The notes under the pieces are model-generated. The model saw only the letters and a program-made list of their open reading frames with translations. It made no database searches and was not told the origin of the DNA. A stretch of 64,000 bases of DNA, from NCBI GenBank assembly GCA_043228905.1, contig JBHGNT010000010.1, positions 15,314,001-15,378,000 of the forward strand, written 5' to 3'. Position 1 is the stretch's first letter. The number at the start of each line of letters is the position of its first letter. The DNA is from Azolla caroliniana. Taxonomy: Eukaryota > Plantae > Polypodiophyta. Made by a program: the position numbers and the translations under genes. Of the stretch, positions 37,101 through 49,800 are shown piece by piece.

Positions 37101-40100
37101 ATTTAACATGAGTTTCGGTGTGCCCACTCACTGTATTAATTGCTCTATAAAAACTACAATCCGAGAGCATAATCAGTTGTTATAGCCTGTAAGTAAACAT
37201 TTCCTCTATTTTGCAGACACCAGGAAGGGAGTTTCTTCTACGAGTATCTTATCTTGAGATATATAATGAGGTCTGTACTCCATGTTACTTTTACTTGTCC
37301 TATTGTGGATGCAATAGTAAAACAAAATAATATGTTCAGTATTGGATTTAATGATGATGATCTCATATATCTATTTGTATGGAAAATAATAGAATCGCGT
37401 ATAATGGTTTCTGTGTGCATACATGTTTCTTTTTCATGGAAGTGATTTTGATCTTGCCCTTATTCAGGTTATAAATGACTTGCTGGATCCTGTGGGACAA
37501 AATTTGAGGGTGCGGGAGGATGCACAGGTACAAACATTGGTTTAGTCCATTATTGGTATTTTTGTTTTTAATCATAAATTCAGAGTGTGTTTGTAATGGA
37601 TGTCAGTGCCATAAAACTTTTGGCATTATAAATAACCATAATAATTTCTTTCCACAATTGTTTAGCCTATAACTGCCTATCCCTGGCATTGCACATATAA
37701 TGGCACTATATGATCACTAATAATTGTAGTTTCTGTGGAGCAGATAACATATCTGCTTCAGTGATAATTTTACCATTCTAATAAAGGAATACTCTTGAAA
37801 GTATTGAAGTTTCTTCTCATGCGCACCGCATAGTAACTAATCTTAGTATCTGTTATAATATGGGGTTTCATTTTTTGCAGGGAACCTATGTTGAAGGAAT
37901 AAAGGAAGAAGTGGTTCTTTCTCCGGCTCATTGTTTATCTTTGATTGCTACAGGAGAAGGTATTTATAATGTTATTTACAGTGAATAATCTTGCATTTGT
38001 AGTTTCTAATGAATGCTCATAAGAAATCTCTGATGTGGTTATAGTTTTCAATAATAGCCACGTTTTGCTGTTCTGTATGCTGCTAGGATTAGGCTCTTGA
38101 GGAGCTATAAGTGTTAACGCTTATTTTCTCAAAAACATAATTTTTTTGTGCAAGACACAAAAAGTTGAGCTGGCACATTTGTCAAATGTGCCTATCCCAC
38201 AGAAAATTTCACCAGCTCACCCATCATGATTGCATGTCCAATAAATTATTCATGCAGAATTTCTACTTTCAAGAAAAAACCCTAAAAATCTTAAAGTAGC
38301 TTATTACAGTATGTGTTTGATTATGCTTTCCAAGCACAATTGGTTTCTCCTAATAGGCCAAAGAAAATGGGACAGGGCTTCAGATATAGGCTACATGTCT
38401 ATTTTCACTAACCAGTAACTTTGTAGTTGACATGCTTGATTTCATTCCCTTGATAGAGCATCGACATGTTGGATCAAACAATTTCAACTTGCTAAGCAGC
38501 CGAAGTCATACGATATTCACTCTGGTAACATACTAAGATTTTCTTGGAATTTTCTCCTTTATCAGCTATTGAAATGGAGCTGTGATTTCTTTCTCAATTT
38601 TGGCAGACTGTTGAAAGCAGTCCCAGAGGAGATAATTTTAGTGATGAAGATGTGTCTCTTTCTCAATTGGTAATTGTTTGCTTTATGATGCGACTGGAGA
38701 AATTGTTTAGCAGAATCATCATTATATTTTTGCATTAGGCTTCTGAGGAAATGCTATTTCTTGATTTTAGAATCTTATTGATCTGGCGGGCTCAGAGAGC
38801 TCCAAGACAGAAACTACAGGACTTCGACGGAAAGAAGGCTCCTATATCAATAAGAGCTTATTAACACTGGGAACTGTAGGTCCACCACTTTTCTTAAAAT
38901 ATGCATGTACTACATTCAGATGAGCATCCTATTTGAGTTCATCGCTTCTCTTAATTTATACATTTAACACATCAAGAAGACTATCCTATTCAATAGTTTT
39001 ATTCAGTGTCTACGTTTATGCAGGTCATATCAAAGCTAACTGATGGGAAAGCAACACATGTTCCTTACAGGGATTCAAAACTAACGAGATTATTGCAATC
39101 TTCTTTAAGTGGACATGGCCGAGTGTCGGTAGAATCTTATTAAGTTTTCGAGTGTCAAATGAGCTGTGTATAGGAAGTGTTCTTCACATTTTTTAATTGG
39201 TTAATCTGTTTCTTTTTCAGCTCATATGTACGGTAACCCCTTCTTCTTCTACTAGTGAGGAGACACACAATACTTTGAAGTTCGCTCACAGAGCTAAAAA
39301 TGTGGAGACTCGTGCCTCTCAGAATAAGGCATGTAAAAAGTTTGATTATTTTCTGATGTAAAACATTATGTTGTAGGATCAAATAGGCTTTGATGCCATT
39401 GTAGTGAAGAAGTTATAATGCCTTTGCCATTGTAAAACATTATGTTTGAATCTTTAAAGTTTCTCAATAAGTATTCTAATATCGCTGGCTGATCTATTTG
39501 CTCACAGATAATGGATGAAAAGTCATTAATAAAGAAATATCAAAAGGAAATTCAAAGCTTGAAGAATGAACTTGAGCAAGTCAAGAGAGGAGTGGCTGAG
39601 AATCCATATTTTGTAGATGGTCATGAAGATCTTGCATCACTGAAGCAACAGGTTTGGGGCTATAAAGATGTTTTGTGACTTAAAATTTTATTTTTTCTGT
39701 CTTATAGTATTAAACAATCTATAACAAATATGCCATTGAAAAGCACGTATAATTAAAATATAGTGAATATACGAAAGAGTATAAGGGTGTGGGTTTGATC
39801 TATACCCACCTATGGTGAAATCCTTCCTCCTGGGCCTACTTCAACTGATATTTATAACAAATATGCCATTGAAAAGCACATAATTAAAATATAGTGAATA
39901 TAAGAAAGAGTATAAGGGCGTGGGTTTGATCTATACCCACTTATGGTGAAACCCTTCCTACCGGGCATACTTCAACTGATATTTATTAGAAAAAGAACAG
40001 TAGATTATAGAACTTTCTTGTACATGTCTGCTAAACATTTGTGAATTTTCACATGTTTATGTTAACTTCTATAGATTTTAGTTTTTTCTTGGAAGTATGT

Positions 40101-43100
40101 GTATCTTGGTTTCTCCTAGAAGCATGTGCTACTCCAATGATTCATCGATTCAACATTACTGATGGTTGTTTTTGACGTGGGACATGGAGTTGTTTGCACT
40201 TTGTGTGGCCACTGTCACGCTTATGGTGAAGATTAGGGACTGTCATGGTATTGGGGTTGGGCAGGGTCTAATTTGACATTCTCTTTCTGGGCATGAATTT
40301 GATAGCTTGAAGCAGGGCAAGTTAAACTCCAGTCCAGATTAGAAGAAGAAGAACAGGCAAAGGCAGCATTGTTGGGGAGAATCCAAAGACTGACAAAGCT
40401 GATCCTTGTTTCTACAAAAACCACTGCTCCACGAAGCCTTCCTGAGAAGCAGGGGAATCGACGTAGGCACTCTTTCGATGAAGAAGAGGTAACTATAAAA
40501 AACATGTACTCTATGATTAAGTCATTTTTATGACTAATTATTGCACTACAAGATGGCATTATTCTTTGTATTTGTGACACTTTTCTTTATGTGTGATTAA
40601 TGTTTAAACGTGGCTCGTTATTGCTCTATCTTTGTGCTGTTGGGAGCAAAGGAACTTGAATGTGTCATGTAACTGTTATATGCGTGTGCAATTTTCAGTT
40701 TTTGAAAGCATATTGTGACACGGTCAACAATTTCAATTTACACATCAGAGGGATAAGTGCAAGGCCAACTCATCTATTTTGTTTTGCAGCTGGCTTATTT
40801 GCCAGATAGAAGGCGTGACTTTAGTTTTGATGAAGAAGATGGTCAGGATTCAGAAGTTTCAGATGGACGGAGTGACAATATTATTTCAGATGATTTTTTC
40901 AAGGGAGAGAAGAAAATGAAGAAGCGAAGTATGCTCGCTTGGTTCAAGCTGAAGGTTGGTGGATATCATAAACGTTTCTTTTATGTGTCTCAATCAAATT
41001 ATTTCAGTTTTTCTGTGTTTCTCAAATTCCCCCGAGTTTTTTGATATTTCTCTTCTTATATTCCGGTGTTTTCAAAGCAGAAGAATGAGCATGGTAACTC
41101 TACAACAAGTTTGGACTCAGATAATTCCTCCAATGCATCACCTGCAATAAATCCTATTCAAGTTGAATCTGGTATTGATTTTAAGAGTCATCGCAATTCA
41201 GTGAGCCGTAAAGTGGACGAGGTTCCCCTTTTCCAACCTTTATGTGAGCCAACACAGGCAGGGGAGTTATTTAGTGCTGCAGTTCGAGGTCGAAGACCAC
41301 CACCTGTAAGCGTAATTTGTAACATTCATTTCTTGTTTCTATTCCCATTCAATTATATAAACTATGGGACGTCTTTTCACCATGTTGGCTGCATGGCTTT
41401 TGTCATCACATGCGACTTAAGTATCACTAAGATTTTATCAAGATCCTCAATAGGCAAACTGATGGGATAGAAAACACAACCTCTAGTTTGTGTCATTAGT
41501 CATGCTTCTGACTGTCTGGAACACAGACTTGCACTTACATCAAATCATTCTTATGTACCATATTTTTACTTCGTTTAGCTTTCCTCTTAACAGAAACTTA
41601 TTATTATTTTTATCATGGCAGACAGGGACAACTATGGCTGATCAGATGGACCTACTGAGAGAACAAGTGAAGATGCTTGGTGGAGAGGTTGCCTTATGCA
41701 CAAGTTCTCTGAAAAGATTGTCAGAACAAGTTGCTTCAAATCCTAATGATTCTCAGTTACAAGTAGGTGATGTTCTAGGCAAATCGTAATTTAAAACAAG
41801 AGATTGCATGCTAACACACCAGATGAAAGTATTGCCTTTATATATCATATAAAGACTTTAAATGGGTCTGTCTAAACATATCTTTGCAATGGGTTCATGG
41901 TATAAGTGATCAAAATACTCACTAAATGTATAAAACGATGGCGTAGTAGTGAAGCTGGTGTGTAATTTGCGACCTTGTGGTTGTGGGTTCAAGTCTCAAG
42001 CAATGTGTTTGATGCTCTGTTTAGTTAATAACTCATCAGATTTTTAATTTGAGGTCATGCAAGCTAATATAATAGTTAGCTCCTAAAAATATGGGTTTAC
42101 AGATAACTTTGCACAACTCAAAGGTTCAAAGAAATACCATTGTCTTAAATATGTGTTACTAATGTGTGGCTCATAGTCATATTCAACTGCTGAATATCTT
42201 ATGCTGTGTAGGCACAAATGCAAAGCTTGAAGGATGAGATTCAAGAAAAGAAAAGGCAGATGAGGGTGATTGAGCGGCGAATACTTGGGAATGGGGAAGC
42301 TGGGTTTAACAATGGTGCTGCATTGGAGTTATCACAGGTTTAAAGTGCTTTTTAGTTTTTAAAAACATCACATGTCCAGGATATACTCATGCACTTTTTT
42401 TTATGACTATATCTGCTATATTATCAATATGTTTAATGCATCTGAGTTATCACAGATTTAAAGTGCTTTCACAGTCAATAATGACAATTACAAAATATAG
42501 CATGCTCAGGATATATCTACCTAAATTGATTAACACCCATATTTGTTATAATATCACCGTGCTCAATGCAGACCATCTCCAAACTAACTAATCAGCTCAA
42601 CGAGAAGACATTTGAACTTGAGGTGACTTTAAGTTCTTAGCATTTTATGCTTGTGATGAGAAAATACTTGTAATTTGGATGCAATGTGCACTAAACTTTT
42701 TATTTTTCTGTTTTGTAAAGCTGAAAACCGCTGACAACAGAATCCTTCAGGAACAACTGCAAACTAAAGTAAGGCTAATTTTTAATTTATGATTATACTT
42801 CAGCTGAGAACAGTTATTAATTTTTTCAATCAAGTCAATAGAGAGCCTAATTTGGATTATTCGGTGATTCTTAAGTTTGTTGAGGATCTCTGTGTGATCT
42901 CTTACAAATACCTTATTTTTATTAAACTGGGATCATTCTGAATGAGTTTTCACTTTTACCTTTCAGTAAACCAATAACTGTACCGAATCTCATAATGGAA
43001 TGAAACCTCTTGAAAATAGAGAGAAATTCAAGGTTTTGTGTTTCGTAGGAGGTTGTTACATGAAGATAAACATATTTCCTTGTTTGACTAACTGTTGATT

Positions 43101-44631
43101 GCTATTGCAGATAATAGAAAATACAGAACTTCAAAGTACAATTGCATCTCTCCATGGACAATCCAAAGCAAAATATGACAACACAACTGGGCAAAACAAT
43201 ATAGAAATGCATATTGAAGGCTATGGTGATCCAAACGTTACTTCACAAAATGTAGATGGACATGGTGAGCAATCTATAGATGAACCTAGTGTGCTGCAGG
43301 AAAACAATTCTCAGGGAAACCCCAAAGTAGGAAATGAAACTTCAATCTTGCAGTCTCAAGTTCTTCAACAGGTATTCATTATTCTATAATTCTATGAGTT
43401 ACATGGGTAATCTTCCTTGACATAACTTGTTTGTACATTTTACCAGGCAATGGAGATCGAAAAACTTAAACAGGAACTAGACCATTTGCTTGAAGAGAAA
43501 GATGCTCTTCAGATTCAAAGCCGAAAATTGGCCGATGAATCATCATATGCTAAAGAGCTAGCTTCTGCTGCTGCGGTTGAGCTAAAAAATCTGGCTGAAG
43601 AGGTAACAAAACTCTCTTATCAAAATACAAAACTAGCAGCTGAGCTTGCAGCATCTCAAGAACTAGTAAAAGCTCGAGCAAATGGATCAAAATTGGGCCT
43701 TAATGTAGCAAACAATAGTGGGCGACAACGTATCAATTCGAGAAGAATCGAAGATGAATCTATAATAGAGGAACTGAAAAGAGAACTATTAGCAAGCAAA
43801 GAGAAAGAGGCTGTATTGGAAGCTAAGTTAACAGATAGTGAATTGAAAGATGCAGAGACTCAAAAGAACATAGAGGATGCAAAAAAACGTGAGGCTGATT
43901 TGGAAAATGATCTTGCTGGCATGTGGGTGTTGGTAGCAAAGCTCAAGAAGGAGAAAGCTAATGGCAATTCTACTAGGGATTTGGATTCTCACAATGCACA
44001 AGAATTTGGGAGTATAGATGATGATGTAAATGATTTCAGAAGTTTGAAAAACTCTCTGGAGAAAGAAAAGCAACGGACCGCGGAGCTTGAAACACTGGTG
44101 TCGCAGTTGAAGGTTTGTAGAGTGAATTAATTGAATTGTAGTAAATGAATTATTAGTATATGCTAATTAAAACATGAAACTATGCATTACTTAAAAGTGT
44201 AGTTATAATTATATCATATTTGATGTTAATATGATTGAAATGTGAATGATTTTTAAAGAAAAATCAACACCAACTATCAAGTCTAATTGAAGTGAAAGTG
44301 TCCTGTATTTAATTATTGGCCTTAATTATTTAATGGACCAAATCAAGCTCTTTTTGTATTCTAGAGAATGTTAAGGTCAAGATCTAATCATAGCAGATAT
44401 AAAATGCTACAGAGTGAAAAGCTTGATGGGTTAGACAATGCTACTTTGGAGGGTCTGAGTGCTCTTCATGTGGAGGCCTTAACACGGTTATGCCAGGCTA
44501 AGGTTCGATTCTCTATCTACTGAATTAAGTTCAGATCAGCTCGTATTGTTATAAAATAAAACCTCACTCACCAATCTTCTTTTATCATGTAGGCCATTGT
44601 GGAAGAAAAGAGAGAGAAAATGCATCCATAG
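34107..44631 (+). CDS. Kinesin-7 family (CENP-E-like; plant KIN7C/D/E, MKRP-type) motor protein, more than 20 exons
   Basis: ATG at 34107, Ser/Pro-rich leader, [14 protein letters not shown]-loop GVTSSGKT (~36603), [25 protein letters not shown], coiled-coil tail ([24 protein letters not shown]; [18 protein letters not shown]), then [30 protein letters not shown]|[12 protein letters not shown] with TAG at 44629-44631. Confidence 0.93.
39720..39985. repeat. Intronic direct tandem duplication, 2 x ~132 bp
   Basis: tataacaaatatgccattgaaaagcac...acttcaactgatattt is present twice with few differences. Confidence 0.9.
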
Positions 44632-44671
44632 CACGAACTGCAGAACATGCAATCAATGTTGAACATAACAT

Positions 44672-44890
44672 CATGTTTGTAAAGAATACTTTGAATGAAT
44701 AACAGACTGCTGTGGTTTTGCTTCCTTGCCGACATTTTTCTTTGTGAGGGATTTAAGAATATATGTTTTCCTCGCTACCTTATAAGTATTTTCATGAATC
44801 TTCTTATTGTTTCTGATCTAACTCGTTTCATTTAATTGCAGATTGTAAGTTCTTGTGCAATAGCATGTATAGAATGCCCTCCCATAGGAC
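44672..44890 (+). pseudogene. Decayed C3HC4 RING-finger coding remnant downstream of the kinesin stop codon
   Basis: Fragments HVCKEYFE*, TAVVLLPCRHFS, intron (GT 44744 to AG 44841), CK/SCAIACIECP, broken by stops and frameshifts. Confidence 0.75.
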
Positions 44891-46586
44891 TATCACATGA
44901 GACATACTCATTACATTCACTTGCTGATGATGGATTGGGTTTTGCTTCTAAGAGTCATTACATCCACTTCTTGATCTGGTTGGGTTTGATCCCTTCACAA
45001 TGGACGACCTCACAAACATAAAGAGTGAACCATTGCTAGTGTGGCACCACTTGATTCCTTTGACATTGGTGTCAAATATGAAAGCTGGCCATCTGAGGGA
45101 GGTTATTAGAATTTTTGGCATTGTTTTCGGGTAATTACTGTGATGTTTGTAAATCATTGGTATGTATATCCGCAGATCAAAGAAAATGCGGCCCAGAAGA
45201 CATACAGTTAGCATGAAGGTGGTACATATATGATGACCACCTGTGCATGTACTAGAGTTTGAAGCTTCTGGTAGTAATTTGGAAAAAATCCGTATCAAAG
45301 CTATATGTATAATTTATAACAGAGAAATATAATATAAAATTTATGACGATGAACCATTCAAGGGAAGTTGATGTTTTTTTACCATTCATATTTTGTACAA
45401 AAGAAGTGGAATGAATAAATATGCAAGCAATTGAGTAGATTGAATTTATTTCACAAGTTTTGAGGGAATACCTGACTTTTTTTGTTTAAACCAGTTTGTA
45501 TACTACACATTGTCAACCTCTATTATACAATGCTGTCACTAGAAAATGAAAGTTTAGTTTCAATTCATTGAAAATTTATTCACTTCAATGTGATATTGTA
45601 CCTCAAAGTGAGAATTGCACCTATTTTATGTGTGGAAAAGGCATTATATGCATGTCATGATGTTGCTATGTAAGAATAACCATGATTGAATGTCTATGAT
45701 GCAGTAGAATAGAATTATTAGAGGATTACAAATTAAATGACCAGTTTTTGCAATGGTTTTTAGGCATGTTTTTGAAACCTAACATGCATGTATGTATTTA
45801 ATATGTCAAATTTTAATACATTCAGCATTAAGTTATTTAATGTCTTTTGTTGGTGTTCATGTGTACCAAACCTTGAATTGTCAAAACCCTATACCATAAG
45901 GACATGTTAAACTTCCAAGAATTGAACACAATTGCAATGGCTTAAATAGCATGTTAATAAAAAAAACACACAATAGTGAGTCATATAGTGGTATTGTGGG
46001 AATAAGTATTGACTTCAATGGAAGGTAAACTATCCTAAGTGTCAATCTCAATCTCAATGTAAAGGAAACAAAATGAAGGAAAAACAATGGTGTGTGGTAT
46101 ACATAGTAAATTGAATGAGTATCAAACTCAAGGGCAAGAAAAGGAAAACAATGCTTAATATAAGCAATGCTCTTGAAGTAAGCCATGCCCTTTTGGAAAT
46201 GACGCTTTTTGGTTCGCAGAGGCAATTTCATGGGGTGAGTGATAGGCTACCTCAATGTATTATCACATGATGGCTAAGAGCTAGAATTAAGTCTCACAGT
46301 ACGTGTACCCCTCTTCGTTGAGTTCACAACCAAAGAGACTAAAGCCTCAAGGAAGGTCAGGATTGACCGTGTGTAGCCAATGAATTCCCCTTCCTCTTCC
46401 ACTTGATCGGGAAGTAAGAGAACACAAGAAGAAGAAGAAGAAGAAGAAGAAGAAGAAGAGCAAAGTTTTGGTAAAGTATTATGAATCTATCTCAATGCTC
46501 ACATATGGGGAAAAAAGAGAACAGAACAAGAAGAAGAAGAGCCAAGTTTTGGTCCAAGTATTTAGAATGTGTCTCAATGCTCTCAC

Positions 46587-46617
<31 letters not shown>

Positions 46618-46865
46618 TGTATGTATGTATACTGTATAGTATAATACAGTGTATACATACATAAATGCAGAAAGTGGAGAAGGGGGAAAAATATCCCTAG
46701 CCTCACTTACAATCTTCTTTGTTGTCATGTGATAAGTATCTTTTCTCTTTGGCTGATGGTGCTCTCTCATCTGCCCCCTGTCCTGCTCTACTCTACTCTA
46801 CTCTGTTTCTTCTTTCTTCTTCCTCCTTTCTTCCTCAAGGCTTACAGCTTAAGTGCTAGGTAGCT

Positions 46866-49800
46866 ATGGCTACCTCTTATGCTCTTTTGGGCTCTCACAC
46901 TTATGCACAAAACACTCACCATCCTCATCTTTCTTCCCTTTTCTCTGCAGAGCACACCTTCTATTTCTCCTCCTCCCCCTCCTCCTCCCCCCCCTCCTCC
47001 TCCTCCTCTTGTGTCAGTATTTTGAGAAGAAAGACAAGGAAACCTCGTCTAATTTGCTCTTGTGCAAAGCCTATACTTGAAGAACTCTGTTTTAACCATG
47101 AAGTGCACTGGAGAGAAGAGGTTTTATCTGCTTTACAAAGGTCTTTACTTGAAAGCCAATGGGCAGAACAAATCACTACACAATCTTCACAAAGATTTGA
47201 AGAAGAAGAAGAAGAAGCAAAAGTCATTTCCAATGTGGAAGACAATGCTTTTTGTATGACTTTGAGGTCAGGAATGAAGAAGAACAAGCTTTCTGCAAGA
47301 GAGAGGAGATTATCTGCTAGAATGAAAACAGGAGTTTTTAACAATAAAGACATGGATATGACGTCTAGTTTTACACTTATTTCGTCTTCTTCTTCATCAC
47401 CACTATCATCATCAACGTCATCATCTTCATCCTTGAAGCGGAAAGGGAAAATGAAATTGGAACCTCTCCATGATTTTGTTTCTTCTTTCCTTAGACCAGC
47501 TGCTGGATGTGGCATGTTTACTAAAGATGAAGAGCAGGGTTTTACAAAGCAAATGCGGATTCATCAAAGCCTCGAGAAGGCGAGAAGAAAGTGAGTAAAA
47601 CCTTTCATATCAATTCTCTTCATGAATTACATGGTTGCTCTTCATTAATTGCATAATTGTTTGTCGTTAAATTTCCCCCCATTATCACATGGATTTACAT
47701 AAATATGGTAATCAGTAAATTTAGTAATTCACCGCATAATTGGTGACATGGCATAACTGTGGTAAGTTTCTCATATATCAGTTAACACTCGGTATTTCAT
47801 AAATTTAGTAATTGCTTAATGTGGTTGGCAATTACATGTCTCTGGTGATTGTTCATTTCCTGTATTGAGGCACAGTATATCAAATCTATGAAGGATTGCT
47901 TTTACATGCTTTTTGCTGTATTTGTTATTCATTATGACAGCTATTTCCCATTATCACACAACTGATGACATTACATAAACGTGTCAATTCTCATTTCACG
48001 ATAAACCTGACACTTTTGAGGATCAATATATTGGGGTTTTTATCATTAAAGGCTATTAGTTTTGGTTTTTAATGCATTATTTTGCTTTTACATTTGCTTT
48101 GTTATATGTGTTTTCCATCATGTATCTGAACATATGTTGGGCAATTTGTCTCTCATATATAGATTACTCATTTAGAATTTCTCACCATAATTTATTTCTA
48201 TTTTTATGGAGATCCAAATATAATTATAATAATGATGTCTTCAGGTTAAAAAGGAAACTTGGTTATGATCCATCATATGAAACTTTGGCCCAATCTGTTC
48301 AAGTATCAACTCCAGAGCTCATCTTGATGTTGGCTGTGGGCGAGGTTGCAAGGAATATGATGCTTGTTTCACATTTGCGGCTTGTTGTTTCGGTTGCGAG
48401 ACAATATCAGAACCTGGGATTAGACACAGCTGACCTTATTCAGGTGTGTATGTACTTTTGGAACATATTACAAAAGTCAGTTATTTTTCACTGAAAGAAA
48501 ATAAGGTTAGATGATAGAAACTTGATCAAGCTCTTCTTTCATGAAATTGATTGTGGTTTAGTAGGAAAGAATATCTTAGTTTTTGAACTGTTTACACATG
48601 ATTCATAGTGTTTTGATTTAGATTGCATTCCATTGTTCAAATTAAGAAGCTTATGGGACTTGTACGTGTTAATGCAAAATTTGATCACATGTTTAGGTGA
48701 TTGAGAGGCATTCATTACATGTTTAAGTGATTGATTGCATAGTCATCTAGTTGTACCAATTCAATACTGCTTAACAAATACATATGAAGGTTTTAAGATG
48801 GGCGTAAAATGCATCTTTTTATTTCTCATCAAATGAAAATGTAATCAGTAGAGGACACATGGTAGAAACTTTCAGGGTAAAACATATGGAATAAGTACAT
48901 ATATAATCGCAATTGAATGCAATTAAACCTAAATCATGTGATGATGGAAGATTACAAAGTACATAGATGGATGTCCTAGATAATTCTGTGTGCATGTCTA
49001 TTGCTGAAGGCTGAACTGCTAAAAAAATACAGGGCAAGTGATATATTTGGCATAATAGTGAAAATAAATTTGACGCAAAAACCTTACATTTTTCCAGCTA
49101 CTCTATTAAAAAGACAACCCCAAATGTTTGGTTCAAGCTACCAGAATGATTTTGTCATTGTTTTTTTGCAATTCCTTTTGTGGCGACACATTTGTGTCAA
49201 AATCCGAAAACACTCTGTTATGCTGGAAGGCTGAGTTATAACGCCCCCCAAAAAAATTCACTACAGGAAGGATCGAGAGGACTTCTCCGTGGGCTAGATA
49301 GATTTGATCATCGGAGAGGTCACAAGATTTCAACGTATGTACATTGGTGGATCCGGCAGGTAAGGCAATCAAAAGTTATACGTTCATCAAGTTAAAATCC
49401 ACTAGTAGCATGACATTAGGAGACTTTTTAGGGTATCACGAGGGCAATTGCGGATCATTCAAGAATAATGCGCGTTCCTGTGTATTTACATGAGATAATA
49501 TTTGCAATGAAGCGAGCGAAGGCCCAATTAAAACGTCAAGGAAAACCTATTACAGTGGAGGTATGTTTGTTTTTTACTAGCTACAGATTAACATATGAAC
49601 TGAAGACCCAATTAAAACGTCAATACAAACCTATTACAGTGGAGGTATGTTTGCTTTTTACTAGCTACAGATTAACATATGGACTGAACACCATTAGTGG
49701 CACTACATAGTTTCGTACAATCATGAGGGCCCTCTTCAATGATATATTTGTTTTGTGGAGTATCTCCATTCATTTGTTTTTGTTTTGGATGTGAAAATCT

